From the IMG/VR virus record IMGVR_UViG_3300045988_155882: a stretch of 62,567 nucleotides of DNA; one strand, given 5' to 3'. Both the position numbers and the translations under genes were made by a program. This stretch comes from a virus. Under the pieces are notes generated by a model, which was given only the letters and a program-made list of their open reading frames with translations, was not told the origin of the DNA and searched no databases. Below are positions 38,213 through 48,677 of the stretch, in pieces. The number at the start of each line of letters is the position of its first letter. The first letter of the stretch is position 1.

Positions 38213-38742
38213 TATAAACCGAATTTTCTAAAATAATCCGCAATGCCTTGCTTTATATGCCTTTCCATGAATGCCTTTCTTGCATAAGAACCGACCTTGT
38301 AAATCGCCTGTCCGTATTTTTTTTCTATATCACCGCTAAAGCTTATCCCCACACTTTCAATCCTTAGCCCCTTATCTATCGGTACGGCTGTAATAGAATC
38401 GTGAAATTCACCCGTAATTATCAGGTTTGGCGTCCCTTTTGAACTTACAGGAGCGTTTATCAGCGAAGAATACATAAGCGGGGCTACCCTTTGCTTGAAA
38501 GCAGCATAGCCTTTGGCGTTCTTATACCAATACCCTGCTTCTTTGGTATTGAAATACGGGTCATTAAGGTAAGTAGGGCGTAACGGTTTGTCGTTTCCGT
38601 TAATACCTGACCATAGTTGTTCTACAATATATTGGGAAACTTCTTCTCTGTTTTTTACCATAATATCCCGTATCATCGGTTCAAATCCGGTAGCAAACCG
38701 TCTGAAATTTTCTTCTGCTTCAATAATGTTAGCCATAGTCAA
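38212..38742 (-). CDS. virion-module hypothetical protein (176 aa)
   Basis: ORF track; position in the head-tail joining / tail region. Confidence 0.55.
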   Translation of the reverse strand: MTMANIIEAEENFRRFATGFEPMIRDIMVKNREEVSQYIVEQLWSGINGNDKPLRPTYLNDPYFNTKEAGYWYKNAKGYAAFKQRVAPLMYSSLINAPVSSKGTPNLIITGEFHDSITAVPIDKGLRIESVGISFSGDIEKKYGQAIYKVGSYARKAFMERHIKQGIADYFRKFGL

Positions 38743-38788
38743 GACAATTTAGGGGCGAATGAACGCCCCTAATTAAACGATACCACCA

Positions 38789-38989
38789 TCATAATATACA
38801 ATCATCTTTTTTCTGTCTTGCCGCACCGGAAGATGCTATATCATCGTAGATGGACGAAAGGGTTTTCTCCCTTTCTTCGGGCGGTCGGTCAAGAAAAAAC
38901 ACATTCTTATAAATATTTATGAAGTCCCTCTTCTTCATACTCTTTACCCTTTCTTCATTAAATGAGATTCCTTCTACTATCATGTCCAA
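38789..38989 (-). CDS. hypothetical protein (66 aa)
   Basis: ORF track. Confidence 0.45.
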   Translation of the reverse strand: MDMIVEGISFNEERVKSMKKRDFINIYKNVFFLDRPPEEREKTLSSIYDDIASSGAARQKKDDCIL

Positions 38990-39813
38990 GCCTCAATACC
39001 CGTAATTCCAGCTTCTTGCAATACAGAGGGAGATGCAAGTTCCGCAGTACCTTCGTTTATTGTTATAATGCCGTTTGCATAAGAAACATCTGTTGCATTG
39101 GGTAATGCAGTAGCTGCATTCTTTTGTAGCAACTCACCATAGTACTCCGTAATATCCAGCTTCCCGAAGTGCTCTATAAGTTTGTATTTTTTGTCTTCCG
39201 TTGATACCAAATCAACATAAACCAACCCTTTCAATGCGTCAACGACATCAAAATCATAGGCTCTCACATCCGCGTTCTTGATATATTTCTCGTAATCCTT
39301 GAACATGGTTGCGATAGTCAAGTTGGCTTCTGTGCCAGAAGAATCCCAGTCCTGACCGCCCGGATAAACGCCGGACAGTGGAATGCCCGCCAAATCTTTC
39401 GTACCGTCATTCATTCCGTAAATGACGTTGTTCTCATCTACAAAATAAGCATCAAATGCCACATTCTTTGCCACCATGATGTTTGCTTTCAAGCTGGCAT
39501 CGTAGTCCTGCAAAGTCCATACATCATTTTTAGCTGAATAGCTTGTGATTTTAGTAGGGCCGTATCCCGTAGCAGAAGTTTGAGCCTCTCCACCGGAAGG
39601 TGCATATTCCACAATCGTTTTGATAGGGAATATTCTTCCCGGACGGTCTGCATGGCAAGCCTTTTCAAAGGCTTCCGCTGTTTTCTCTGTAGGTATCTTA
39701 TGACCGTGAATAGTCAGTATGATAGCTTTTATTTTACCGGGGTCAAGCACACACACGGAACTACCTGTATTAAAAGTTGCAACGCCCGGACACTTTCTAT
39801 AATCTGTTGCCAT
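38980..39813 (-). CDS. putative major tail protein (277 aa)
   Basis: Position after head-tail connector genes; size; beta-rich composition. Confidence 0.5.
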   Translation of the reverse strand: MATDYRKCPGVATFNTGSSVCVLDPGKIKAIILTIHGHKIPTEKTAEAFEKACHADRPGRIFPIKTIVEYAPSGGEAQTSATGYGPTKITSYSAKNDVWTLQDYDASLKANIMVAKNVAFDAYFVDENNVIYGMNDGTKDLAGIPLSGVYPGGQDWDSSGTEANLTIATMFKDYEKYIKNADVRAYDFDVVDALKGLVYVDLVSTEDKKYKLIEHFGKLDITEYYGELLQKNAATALPNATDVSYANGIITINEGTAELASPSVLQEAGITGIEAWT

Positions 39814-40318
39814 AACATTTTACTTCTTTAATGGTTAAATTTACATTTTTCATCTCGATAGCATCAATAAAATCACTGAATGGCTTCCCGTCTTCTCCTA
39901 TAACTCCAACCCTGCCATATCTGTAGTTTTCAATGTAGGAATGTGGAACCACATCATTGTAACTACGGACAATGTTTATGTCTTTCTTGATTTCATCCAA
40001 GAAAAGATTGTATATAGGTCGCAATACCTGCTCAAAGGAAGTTTTTTGCCGGTCTTCATTCGAATACCCTTTCAAAGTGTTTACCATAATAATAAACTCC
40101 AGGCTAACCTCTGTCTCGGCAGAACTTCTATCTTCCGTGAACGGAGAATAAAGACATATTATAGGAAACTTCAATTTACTTGTCTTGGGGCTTTTACCCC
40201 ATAAAGTTAATTGATTGCTTATGTAGGCCCAGTCTCCGAATAAAAACGACACATTGCTTCCGTATCTTTTCGATACCTTTTTTACAATGTCCGCAAATAT
40301 ATCATTTACCGGCTTCAT
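39797..40318 (-). CDS. head-tail joining protein (putative, 173 aa)
   Basis: Synteny only. Confidence 0.45.
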   Translation of the reverse strand: MKPVNDIFADIVKKVSKRYGSNVSFLFGDWAYISNQLTLWGKSPKTSKLKFPIICLYSPFTEDRSSAETEVSLEFIIMVNTLKGYSNEDRQKTSFEQVLRPIYNLFLDEIKKDINIVRSYNDVVPHSYIENYRYGRVGVIGEDGKPFSDFIDAIEMKNVNLTIKEVKCYGNRL

Positions 40319-40809
40319 ATTCCCATACAGTTTATTTTACGCAACATACATGGATTGAAACATACACCAGCATATTCCTTTCCTTGCAAAAGTCTATAAA
40401 CACGCTTGTTCATATTTACCATATCATTCCATGCCCTAATTTGCAAAACTTGTGGAGAAACAGCATCTCCATCGGCAGAGGTTACTGTTCCCACATTTGT
40501 TACGCTGTAATTACCGTCCGCTATATACTTGAAAAATATATAGCAAGCAATAGGGCTGTATTTTTCTGATAAAATAGCAAGCAGCCTATCCCATTTATCA
40601 TCAACGCTATCTTCTTTTGAGTTAAGATAATCGGTAAAAGCCTTACACATATCCTCACCAAGTATACGAATCAAATATTCCTGTTCATATACGGAAATAT
40701 ATGATTCTATTTTGCCCAACTCCGCATCTCTTGTTATAGAGGGAGCGCCAGTGTCAGGATTTATCCCGACACTCAGCAACCCGGTGAAAGATTCGTAGTC
40801 AATTATCAT
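40315..40809 (-). CDS. head-tail connector protein (putative, 164 aa)
   Basis: Synteny only. Confidence 0.45.
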   Translation of the reverse strand: MIIDYESFTGLLSVGINPDTGAPSITRDAELGKIESYISVYEQEYLIRILGEDMCKAFTDYLNSKEDSVDDKWDRLLAILSEKYSPIACYIFFKYIADGNYSVTNVGTVTSADGDAVSPQVLQIRAWNDMVNMNKRVYRLLQGKEYAGVCFNPCMLRKINCMGI

Positions 40810-41036
40810 ACCGTATCTTTTTTCGCAGATTTACGTTTAGTGAACAACTCCTCGCAACCCAACGCTCTGGCATCATTAATCAGTTCGTTTGTCGCTTCAA
40901 TTTTACCCTCGGCATAAAACTTGCTCGCAAGAGCCATTCCGACTGAAACTTCATCGCCTGTTTTATACTTCACACCATCCTTGACAAATGTTACGTTATA
41001 ACGCTTAGTCAGGTTTATTCTATATTCTTTTCCCAT
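40806..41036 (-). CDS. hypothetical head-associated protein (76 aa)
   Basis: Directly downstream of the capsid gene. Confidence 0.45.
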   Translation of the reverse strand: MGKEYRINLTKRYNVTFVKDGVKYKTGDEVSVGMALASKFYAEGKIEATNELINDARALGCEELFTKRKSAKKDTV

Positions 41037-41047
41037 AATTATTCTCC

Positions 41048-42385
41048 TTATGCTTCTTGAGTGATACCTTCTATTACAGTAGAGAATGTGTCCTTTACAA
41101 ATGCGGTCTTATATTGCGACTTGATATAACACATCAGCCTCTTCTCTGCGATTACAGTCACGATATTCTTGCGGAAATCGTCATTCTCCCATCCTAAGGT
41201 AATAGACAATACCCACAAGTCACGAATATTCAAGTATGAGAAATCACCCATGATGAAATCTCCTTGTTTTACTGCTGTGGTCGTTTCTACACGCAATCCC
41301 TGAATCAATTCATCTCCATATCGGAATGGGCGGAGATATTGACCGTTAGCATCCTTAGCCAACTGCATGGACGCGTAATCCAATGGGTTCATCAGTACAA
41401 GGTTCGGACGATAAGCCATTTCGCTGGTGGATACAATTTGCGAATATGCAGCCACAAGAGCATCAAACATATTTGGCTTCTCAACATAGAAAGTAGAGAG
41501 AGAGAATGCCGGCATATCCGATGCAACGCCTTTTATTTCTCCACTAGAGCCATCGCCTGACAAAATTCCCTGCTCTTCTTTGATTCCAAGTTTATTTACC
41601 ATTTCCGTTTCAACTTCATTGACGAAGCTGGGAAAATCCGACAGCGTTTCCTCTGTAAATTTAGCAGCAATAGCCACTTTGGCAGCGGTTATTGTTTTTT
41701 CTGTCAATGTCGCATCCATCAAAGGCTTTAGCCCACCTTCAGGAACCCATGCAGCATCTCCGTCATTGCTTGTATATTCCGCATAAACCAAAGCCCTATT
41801 ATTTGTGCTTGATACATTTGCATATTTTCTAATGACGGTTTGCGCTCTCGGATTGACTGATAAATTTGGGTCAACCTCAAGTCCGTAATGCGGAGCAAGG
41901 GACCCGGAAGTAATAGTTGCAGCGTCTTTCTTTTCCAGCACAAGATTTAATCCCAACTTATTGCCGGGAGCCGACTGACAAGCCGATTTCAAATCAAGAG
42001 ACATAACGCCCTTCTTGTCCGCAGCAATATACTCCTTGAGCTGTTCGTGTAGCTGCTCATAAACAGATTTAATCTTTACCTCCCCGTTTTTACCTACTTC
42101 GGTAGAAGCCTTTACACGTAAAATGGCATTCTCCAATTCATTAACCTTCTCCTCAAAAGTCTTTTTGTCAATGCCGGCAAAATCCTTTTCCTTGATGTCA
42201 TTTATGGAATCAGCGGCATCCTTTATGGATTTACGCAAATCTTCCAATTTCACTTCATCCGCAAGATAGCCTTTCACTTGTTTTTCAAAGGCTTCTCCCA
42301 TTTTTTCGTCCAAAGATTCAAAAAACTTCTTGTTTTCTTCGGACAAGCCGGATGTGTCCATAAGTTCTAAAAATCCTAATTTCAT
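41048..42385 (-). CDS. HK97-family major capsid protein
   Basis: 445 aa, N-terminal coiled-coil delta-like region; follows the prohead protease. Confidence 0.8.
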   Translation of the reverse strand: MKLGFLELMDTSGLSEENKKFFESLDEKMGEAFEKQVKGYLADEVKLEDLRKSIKDAADSINDIKEKDFAGIDKKTFEEKVNELENAILRVKASTEVGKNGEVKIKSVYEQLHEQLKEYIAADKKGVMSLDLKSACQSAPGNKLGLNLVLEKKDAATITSGSLAPHYGLEVDPNLSVNPRAQTVIRKYANVSSTNNRALVYAEYTSNDGDAAWVPEGGLKPLMDATLTEKTITAAKVAIAAKFTEETLSDFPSFVNEVETEMVNKLGIKEEQGILSGDGSSGEIKGVASDMPAFSLSTFYVEKPNMFDALVAAYSQIVSTSEMAYRPNLVLMNPLDYASMQLAKDANGQYLRPFRYGDELIQGLRVETTTAVKQGDFIMGDFSYLNIRDLWVLSITLGWENDDFRKNIVTVIAEKRLMCYIKSQYKTAFVKDTFSTVIEGITQEA

Positions 42386-43140
42386 ACCGATTTTAGTTTT
42401 AATAAATTACATAATGATTTTTCTTCCGTTTTGCCATTACTGCCGGCTTCCATCCCTTTGGGTGGAGCAGGTATAACACCGTCCGGCCTAAAAGATGCAA
42501 GTGACATTGCTTTGGCTATAATTTTTTGCAAACGCTGTTGCTTGGTTGTACTCATATTTTTACATAACAAGGAAATTTCACCGCTTAAATCCTTATAAGC
42601 GTTTTCGTAGTCTTCAATTGACTTCAATCCCAAATACTCGGTTTCTCCATTACAGCCAATTGATACCACCGATATTTCATACAGCTTAACCTCTCTAACA
42701 ATCAGGGCTTCTTTTTCGTAATCCCATTCGCAATTCTCCCATACATACTCATAACCAATAGAGAATTGATTAAGCGTGCCTGACTCAAGTTGTTTTATGG
42801 CCCTATCTCCAAGTTCAATCTCATCAATGCGCGCCTCAAAATAAAGCCCTCTATCATCTTCTTTCAATTCTGTAATAAATCCCAAAGGCTCTGACATGTC
42901 GTGCATCCAAAGGAGTATAATTTTGTCATTTGCCTGGCTTTGCGGCCCTCTTTCATTGATACTTTTTGAAAAGCAACCTTTCAATAGAATATCATGAGCC
43001 TTATCCATGTTTCCGAATACAGCAGCGTATCCGCTGATAGTCCGGCTTTCGGGGCTATATTGGACATCCTTCGAGTTTATGGAGAACAATTTATACTGCA
43101 TCCCCATCTTATCTTTGTATTTATTTGTCATTGTTTCCAT
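42382..43140 (-). CDS. HK97-family prohead protease
   Basis: ISGYAAVFGNMDKAHDILLKGCF...LLWMHD...FSIGY pattern (S78-like); start set to ATG 43140, uncertain. Confidence 0.7.
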   Translation of the reverse strand: METMTNKYKDKMGMQYKLFSINSKDVQYSPESRTISGYAAVFGNMDKAHDILLKGCFSKSINERGPQSQANDKIILLWMHDMSEPLGFITELKEDDRGLYFEARIDEIELGDRAIKQLESGTLNQFSIGYEYVWENCEWDYEKEALIVREVKLYEISVVSIGCNGETEYLGLKSIEDYENAYKDLSGEISLLCKNMSTTKQQRLQKIIAKAMSLASFRPDGVIPAPPKGMEAGSNGKTEEKSLCNLLKLKSV

Positions 43141-44491
43141 TTTCCTTACTGTTATTGACGTTATTTTCAACAGATGCACTGCTTGCTGCATTGCTATCAA
43201 AATCTCCTTTTGGATTATCCGGGTCAATATCTATGTATCTTGCAACTTCTATACGTGCCTCATCATGTGTTATCAAAGACTTATCTATCAATCTCTGTAA
43301 GGCATCAGCAACTTTAACCAATGTATTGGCTTCTGTCTCCTTATTGGTTTGAAGGCATTCAACATCTGTAAAATCAATCTTAATAAAAACACCTTCCGGA
43401 CATATGGCTTTTGAAAGACATTCTGCTATCTTTCGGCTATCTGGAATGATTACGTCCTGATAAGCCTTTTTCCCAGCACTTTCAAGGTTGTCGTATTTGG
43501 CATTCGTAAAAAGATTGGCATTTATGCCCATTGCATTGGCAATCTTATCTGTACACCTCTTATCCTCTTCATGAAGTTTTAATTCATCAGCATTAAAATC
43601 AAGAGGAAGCCATCCTAATTTGTAACGTGTCACCAAAATGGGATATTCCTTGTTTACTAAGCCATAATCACGTTTAAATCTGTCCTTTATATCCTTTTCA
43701 TCTTCCGAGGAAAGGGCAACATTTCCCATCTGGTCAGTATAATCATTATAGAGCACGCCTTTAGGACCACCATTTACAAGCAATGTATGGCTTGCAGACA
43801 TAGAAGCTACCCAGTTTGATATAGGCTGGGAAAGGCTATCTGAAACGGACTCAAATTTGACATCAGCAGTCGCACCGCTATTTATTACTATATTGCTGTC
43901 ATATATTACAAGATATTCATAGTCCTCCAACTCTAATCGAGTTCCGTTACAGTCTATATATACACTTGATATAATATTTTTCAGTTCGTATTGGCGAAAC
44001 ACCTTACCGGTTCCTTCCATATGGAAAATCTCAGGTGGAATTATCCACATTGCCTTAGGAGTGCTTGTTTTTGTCGCTCTAACAAGAACAATTGGACAAT
44101 AGCCGAATACCTTAAGACATATTTCAATTTGCTTTACAAATGAAGAGAATGTTTGCAGCGGATTGGGAGCGTTGAGTATATTACGTATATCGGCAAATGT
44201 CCTTTTTTCATTTCCATCCTTATCTACCACATAAGGAATACCACGGGACATCATAGAACCGATTTTATCAACTACAGTGAAGAAAGGCGTACAGGAAACA
44301 AGCGCTCCGGCTTTATCCAAATTGTCAGTCATGTCATAATATACTTTCCATTTGGAACGCCTTCCAAACAAATCGGACAAAAACCAGTAGTTTCCTGCTG
44401 CATCTCTTTCTACCCGATTTACATTATCATACATCGGAATAGACTTTTTATTCTCTGGCTTCCAAAATTTAGTAAATATGCCCATATACAA
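43121..44491 (-). CDS. portal protein
   Basis: 456 aa between large terminase and prohead protease. Confidence 0.75.
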   Translation of the reverse strand: MYMGIFTKFWKPENKKSIPMYDNVNRVERDAAGNYWFLSDLFGRRSKWKVYYDMTDNLDKAGALVSCTPFFTVVDKIGSMMSRGIPYVVDKDGNEKRTFADIRNILNAPNPLQTFSSFVKQIEICLKVFGYCPIVLVRATKTSTPKAMWIIPPEIFHMEGTGKVFRQYELKNIISSVYIDCNGTRLELEDYEYLVIYDSNIVINSGATADVKFESVSDSLSQPISNWVASMSASHTLLVNGGPKGVLYNDYTDQMGNVALSSEDEKDIKDRFKRDYGLVNKEYPILVTRYKLGWLPLDFNADELKLHEEDKRCTDKIANAMGINANLFTNAKYDNLESAGKKAYQDVIIPDSRKIAECLSKAICPEGVFIKIDFTDVECLQTNKETEANTLVKVADALQRLIDKSLITHDEARIEVARYIDIDPDNPKGDFDSNAASSASVENNVNNSKENGNNDK

Positions 44492-44560
44492 AGCAGGAGT
44501 GACAGCAAATAAATGCGGCCACTCCCATATATTTAGTGTTTTAGTCCATTAATACGGTTG

Positions 44561-44605
44561 CGTGCAACTTCACACGCTTGTAGTGACCCTACGTGTGCAA
44601 ATATA
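44561..44605 (-). promoter_or_regulatory. Late promoter (-7 box at 44598-44605) plus leader hairpin (44561-44576)
   Basis: Minus strand TTTG-20 nt-TATATTTG; leader CGTGTGAAGTTGCACG. Confidence 0.5.
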
Positions 44606-44650
44606 TATATTATTTAGACTAATTCCAAATAACAAACAGCATTTTTATGA

Positions 44651-46531
44651 TTATTTTTTTGATTTTCTTTTTACTCTATCCGCTATACAACACAATACAT
44701 ACATTGCTTCATAGACATCTTTACCGTCATAGTCCATTAGATTACGCATAAATAAGGACATTTTATTATCCCTCTTGAATTTAAAATCTCGAATTAGCCC
44801 CTTAAATGCTTCAATATAGGAAAGTTTTCCTGTATTTTCTTGCCTTGCCCACACATCACCTATTTCAGCCCTATAATCGCGTATATAATGAAGCATTGCC
44901 TGCGAAGTCTCAATGTTTACATCGGCACCAGCGACCAGCGCGGCGATTTCTTTGATGGGAATCAATTCTCCTATATACGCATCGTCCACATATATTGTAT
45001 CATGTACAACATACGCTTTCGCATACAGAAAACGCCCATTAAGCAGTGGATGTATTTCTACAATTGGAATGCCGGAAAATGCGACTGTCGCAGCCTCATA
45101 GCTGTCATATTCAAAATCTCCGCGTTTTTCTACGGTTCCGGTAAGAGCATCTGCCCCATCATCATGTGCGTTTTTTCCGAACTTCCTAAAAGATTTTATC
45201 TCTGCATGAAATTCAGGAAAGAGTACTTCCCAACCTTCCGGCATATATGTAAGATTCATAACCTCAGCGGAGCGGGTAAATATTCGAACTTCCTTATTCC
45301 CCGACTGATGAAACCATTTTATTTCTGTTTCATTATTGCCCATTATCCGTGATTGTCGCTCTACGTTTCGGGCAAAACCACGTCCACCGTTATTGCTTTC
45401 AATGTTAGCTATGGTTACTCTATCTTTGGCAAGCAAAGCTGCAACTTGCGGTTCCGTAACCTCCATAGGAGCGTCCGTATATAGTATGCTTAAAATAAAG
45501 TTGCCTATTTCTGTATCCACATAATCTATGGAACATAATCTGTCACTGCCCGTATCTGCGGTATCGGTATAATTTTTCCGAATGGCACGGTTGGTATATG
45601 GTATTTCCCTATAAGTCTTGAATGTACCGTACATGAGACCTTCTATAGGTGTAGGGTTCTGCATATATTGTGTTTCAAAGACGAATGGATTTATTCTATT
45701 GAGATTATGCAATTCATCCAATGTGTGTTTAAATTCCCACAAAGGAAATTCTTTCCCGTCCGCTTCTTTTTCTATGACCGGCAATGAAAGAACAGTCCAT
45801 TGCCCTGGCTCTGTTTTCATAAGATAGCCGCACAAATCATTCTCATGCAGGCGCTGCATGATTATTACAATCGGGGTGTTTCGGCTGTTCACTCGGTTAC
45901 GGATAGTAGTTTCAAAGCGTTGGTTAACCTTTTCCCTTTTCACGTCAGACAAAGCGTCCTCCGGCTTAATAGGGTCGTCTATGACAATGGCGCCGGAAAA
46001 CCTTGCCCCCTTTAATATGCTATCTATTTCTTTTTCTGTTTCTTTATCATCTATATCGTCCACCTCTCCAGCGCCAAATCCCGTTATCTGTCCACCTGTT
46101 GATACCGCATATACACCACCGCCAGCAGTGGTACTCCACTTCTTTTTGCTGTCTGTGCCTCTCTTTATCTGGACATACGGGAACAGCTGTTGATACTCTT
46201 CTGATTTAACTATGTCTCTAATCTCTTCTGAATTATCGTGAGCCAAATCGTCAGAATATGAGAGATGGACAAACTTTGAGGAAGGGTTGAGTGCCAATCC
46301 GTATGATATAAAGTTCTTTACGGCTAATTCGGTCTTTCCATATCGTGGTGCAATATTGATTATCAGTTTTTGAATTTTTCCGGAAATAACATCATCCAAC
46401 GCATTACATATGCGTTCATGGTGTCTGCTCACCACAAATTTGCGCCCTGTTTTACTTTTAAAGAAAAATTTTGTGTAATTGAGAACGCCCGACATACAAA
46501 ATGCTTGTAGATACCGTACACCATCCATCAT
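44651..46531 (-). CDS. terL: terminase large subunit
   Basis: 626 aa; APRYGKTE Walker-A-like; follows the small subunit with ATGA overlap. Confidence 0.8.
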   Translation of the reverse strand: MMDGVRYLQAFCMSGVLNYTKFFFKSKTGRKFVVSRHHERICNALDDVISGKIQKLIINIAPRYGKTELAVKNFISYGLALNPSSKFVHLSYSDDLAHDNSEEIRDIVKSEEYQQLFPYVQIKRGTDSKKKWSTTAGGGVYAVSTGGQITGFGAGEVDDIDDKETEKEIDSILKGARFSGAIVIDDPIKPEDALSDVKREKVNQRFETTIRNRVNSRNTPIVIIMQRLHENDLCGYLMKTEPGQWTVLSLPVIEKEADGKEFPLWEFKHTLDELHNLNRINPFVFETQYMQNPTPIEGLMYGTFKTYREIPYTNRAIRKNYTDTADTGSDRLCSIDYVDTEIGNFILSILYTDAPMEVTEPQVAALLAKDRVTIANIESNNGGRGFARNVERQSRIMGNNETEIKWFHQSGNKEVRIFTRSAEVMNLTYMPEGWEVLFPEFHAEIKSFRKFGKNAHDDGADALTGTVEKRGDFEYDSYEAATVAFSGIPIVEIHPLLNGRFLYAKAYVVHDTIYVDDAYIGELIPIKEIAALVAGADVNIETSQAMLHYIRDYRAEIGDVWARQENTGKLSYIEAFKGLIRDFKFKRDNKMSLFMRNLMDYDGKDVYEAMYVLCCIADRVKRKSKK

Positions 46532-47076
46532 AGCCTTTCTATCAGTTTCTTTGCTTCCTCGACACTTATGGGTTTGCTGGTATTCATCTCTATTTCGGTA
46601 GGCTCATCAAACCCAAGCATTTTACATATACGCTCAATAGCCTTTATCTTATCATAAAGTTCTATCTTCACATATTCAACATCTACAATTTCCGGAGCAT
46701 CACTTGTTCCGATATTTTTTTTCAATATCTTGGTAGATATACTTTTTATTGCTGATTTCTCTTTGTCAGAGAGCTCATCAAATTCTTTACGCTCTATCCA
46801 TGTGTTGTGCATGCTGGCAATGGATGAGAAAGCTATACCGGACAATTCTTGTAGAATGCGTTCTTTAGTTATGTCTGATTTGTTTTTTTGTTCTTCCTGC
46901 AACTCTTTAACCCTTTGGGCTACATTTGGTTTAGACAACAATTTGCAAGATTCTTCCCACACTTGTTTGTCTCTCATCTTCTCGCACGAATAGGCACGAC
47001 GATAAGCATCGGAAGCATTGCCGCTTTCGATGTAGTAGTTGCAAAAATTCTCTTGTTTGATTGTAAGTTTTTTCAT
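46528..47076 (-). CDS. terS: terminase small subunit
   Basis: KQENFCNYYIESGNASDAYRRAY pattern typical of Terminase_2 family. Confidence 0.7.
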   Translation of the reverse strand: MKKLTIKQENFCNYYIESGNASDAYRRAYSCEKMRDKQVWEESCKLLSKPNVAQRVKELQEEQKNKSDITKERILQELSGIAFSSIASMHNTWIERKEFDELSDKEKSAIKSISTKILKKNIGTSDAPEIVDVEYVKIELYDKIKAIERICKMLGFDEPTEIEMNTSKPISVEEAKKLIERL

Positions 47077-47093
47077 GTCTTTTCGTCAGTATG

Positions 47094-47128
47094 GAAAGCA
47101 TGCCACTTGACATGCTTTCGCAAAGATA
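47094..47128 (-). promoter_or_regulatory. Promoter (-7 box at 47121-47128) plus leader hairpin (47094-47119) upstream of terS
   Basis: Minus strand TATCTTTG; 9-bp stem GAAAGCATG/CATGCTTTC with loop related to the other late leaders. Confidence 0.5.
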
Positions 47129-47209
47129 TGTAATTATTTGGAATATCATACCTATCTATCCGAAATAACTGGTATAATTATCGAAAATATTTATCTCCCC
47201 ACTTCCTTG

Positions 47210-48415
47210 TTACTTCTTAAAAACATTTACATAATCAATAACTTTCCGATTAGCTTTATCTACTTTTCGCATGTCAAAATGGATATAGATGTCAGTCGTT
47301 GTGCTGTTCGCCCAACTATGCCCAAGCGCGTGGGCGATTACCTCTTTGGGGACATCGAGTTCTGCCGCTACCGTGGCCCATGTGTGTCTTGCCCAATATG
47401 AGGACAAATCAGGGAATAAAGGATTTCTACTCTTTTTCCCTCCCAATCCCTTCCTTTCTGTCTCTCCAATCTGTTTTAACCCTATTCCCATACGATGTAG
47501 GAAATCCTTGTAATTTCCGTAGTCATCCATTATATTAAGAAGATAATCCTTCCCTTTGTATTTCTCAATTATAGCCTGCGCTTCCGGTTCTACTTTAATA
47601 CTGTATAATTTCCCCGTCTTAGCTCTTTTATATTCAAAACGACCATTTACCAATGCAGAATGTTTTGCGTTAAACAAATCGGCTGCATTTACTCCTATGA
47701 GATAGAACATGAGCATGAACATATCCCTATATCTAATCTGGTATTCCTCACATGGATAATCTCTCAATAACCTAAGTTGTTCTGCTGTAAGGCTGCGTTT
47801 TCGGGTTTCCTCTTTCTTTATTGAAAACCTTCTGAATGGATACAATGTTGTGTACTCCTCATCAATGGCGTAGTTGAATACACTACGTATGTTCCGTAAA
47901 TGAATAGCGTAGGCATTAACCTTCATCGTCTTTGCCATCCACGCTTCAAAGTTTTCCAGCCATGACTTATCCATGCTCTCAAAAGTACAATGACTATCGT
48001 ATTCCTCAATCTTGTTTCTTGTGGTTGTATATATAGACTTAGTTCCCTGATTGGTTTTCTTGGAAACGAATTCATCAAGATAATAGAGAAACGTCTTTTG
48101 GTTTTCAACCTTGCTACTTATAGCGTCCTCTATCAACTTCTTCAAAGCTTTGTCTGTAGTTGATTTCAACTTTTCTTGTTGCTCTAAAGTAAATATTACT
48201 GTTTCCGCCTTGTTTATTATTCCACGGGCAACTATATTCCTCGGCTTGTAATTTTGTGCACGCACAGAATATTCATTCCCATTCCATTCTTTTTCCGATG
48301 CACTTAGCTGCGTAGCTATCATTATTTGTTTGTTGTGGAATACATTCAACTTTATCGGATAAGTGCCATCTTTTTTTTGCCTTCTTTTATCAAGGTAGAA
48401 TTTAACCGTTGCCAT
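47210..48415 (-). CDS. int: tyrosine recombinase / phage integrase
   Basis: ARHTWATVAAELDVPKEVIAHALGHSWANSTTTDIYIHF catalytic-domain pattern; 401 aa. Confidence 0.85.
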   Translation of the reverse strand: MATVKFYLDKRRQKKDGTYPIKLNVFHNKQIMIATQLSASEKEWNGNEYSVRAQNYKPRNIVARGIINKAETVIFTLEQQEKLKSTTDKALKKLIEDAISSKVENQKTFLYYLDEFVSKKTNQGTKSIYTTTRNKIEEYDSHCTFESMDKSWLENFEAWMAKTMKVNAYAIHLRNIRSVFNYAIDEEYTTLYPFRRFSIKKEETRKRSLTAEQLRLLRDYPCEEYQIRYRDMFMLMFYLIGVNAADLFNAKHSALVNGRFEYKRAKTGKLYSIKVEPEAQAIIEKYKGKDYLLNIMDDYGNYKDFLHRMGIGLKQIGETERKGLGGKKSRNPLFPDLSSYWARHTWATVAAELDVPKEVIAHALGHSWANSTTTDIYIHFDMRKVDKANRKVIDYVNVFKK

Positions 48416-48433
48416 ATATCTATGTTTTTAGTT

Positions 48434-48468
48434 TATGCAAATCTGAAAATTTGCATAGAATTTGCATA
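48434..48468. repeat. Arm-type repeat cluster ATTTGCATA (two direct, one inverted)
   Basis: TATGCAAAT 48434-48442; ATTTGCATA 48449-48457 and 48460-48468. Confidence 0.55.
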
Positions 48469-48575
48469 CAAAGATAAGATTAAAGGGGTTTAAAAGGGTC
48501 TAAAAGCGGAATGTTATTCAGCATACATAAAAAAATAAGCAGCTACTTTATTTGTAACTGCTTGATTTTCAAGAG

Positions 48576-48620
48576 AGCGGCAAGCGAGGCTCGAACTCGT
48601 GACCCTCAGCTTGGGAAGCT
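48576..48620 (-). other. attP core candidate: 3' portion of a tRNA (anticodon loop TTCCCAA, Gly-CCC-like) on the minus strand
   Basis: Minus strand ...TTCCCAA GCTGA GGGTC ACGAG TTCGAGC CTCGC TTGCCGC T; no matching 5' half; about 160 nt from int. Confidence 0.5.
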
Positions 48621-48677
48621 CTTTTTTGTTGCACATATAATATTATGTATCAAACACTTGCCTTGTGTATAAAATTC

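Noticed and set aside
38030-38742. Tail-chaperone G/GT -1 frameshift pair
   Set aside because: The downstream ORF is in the -1 frame and overlaps the stop. However, no X-XXY-YYZ slippery heptamer is present, and the pair is separated from the tape-measure gene by 3 kb of morons.
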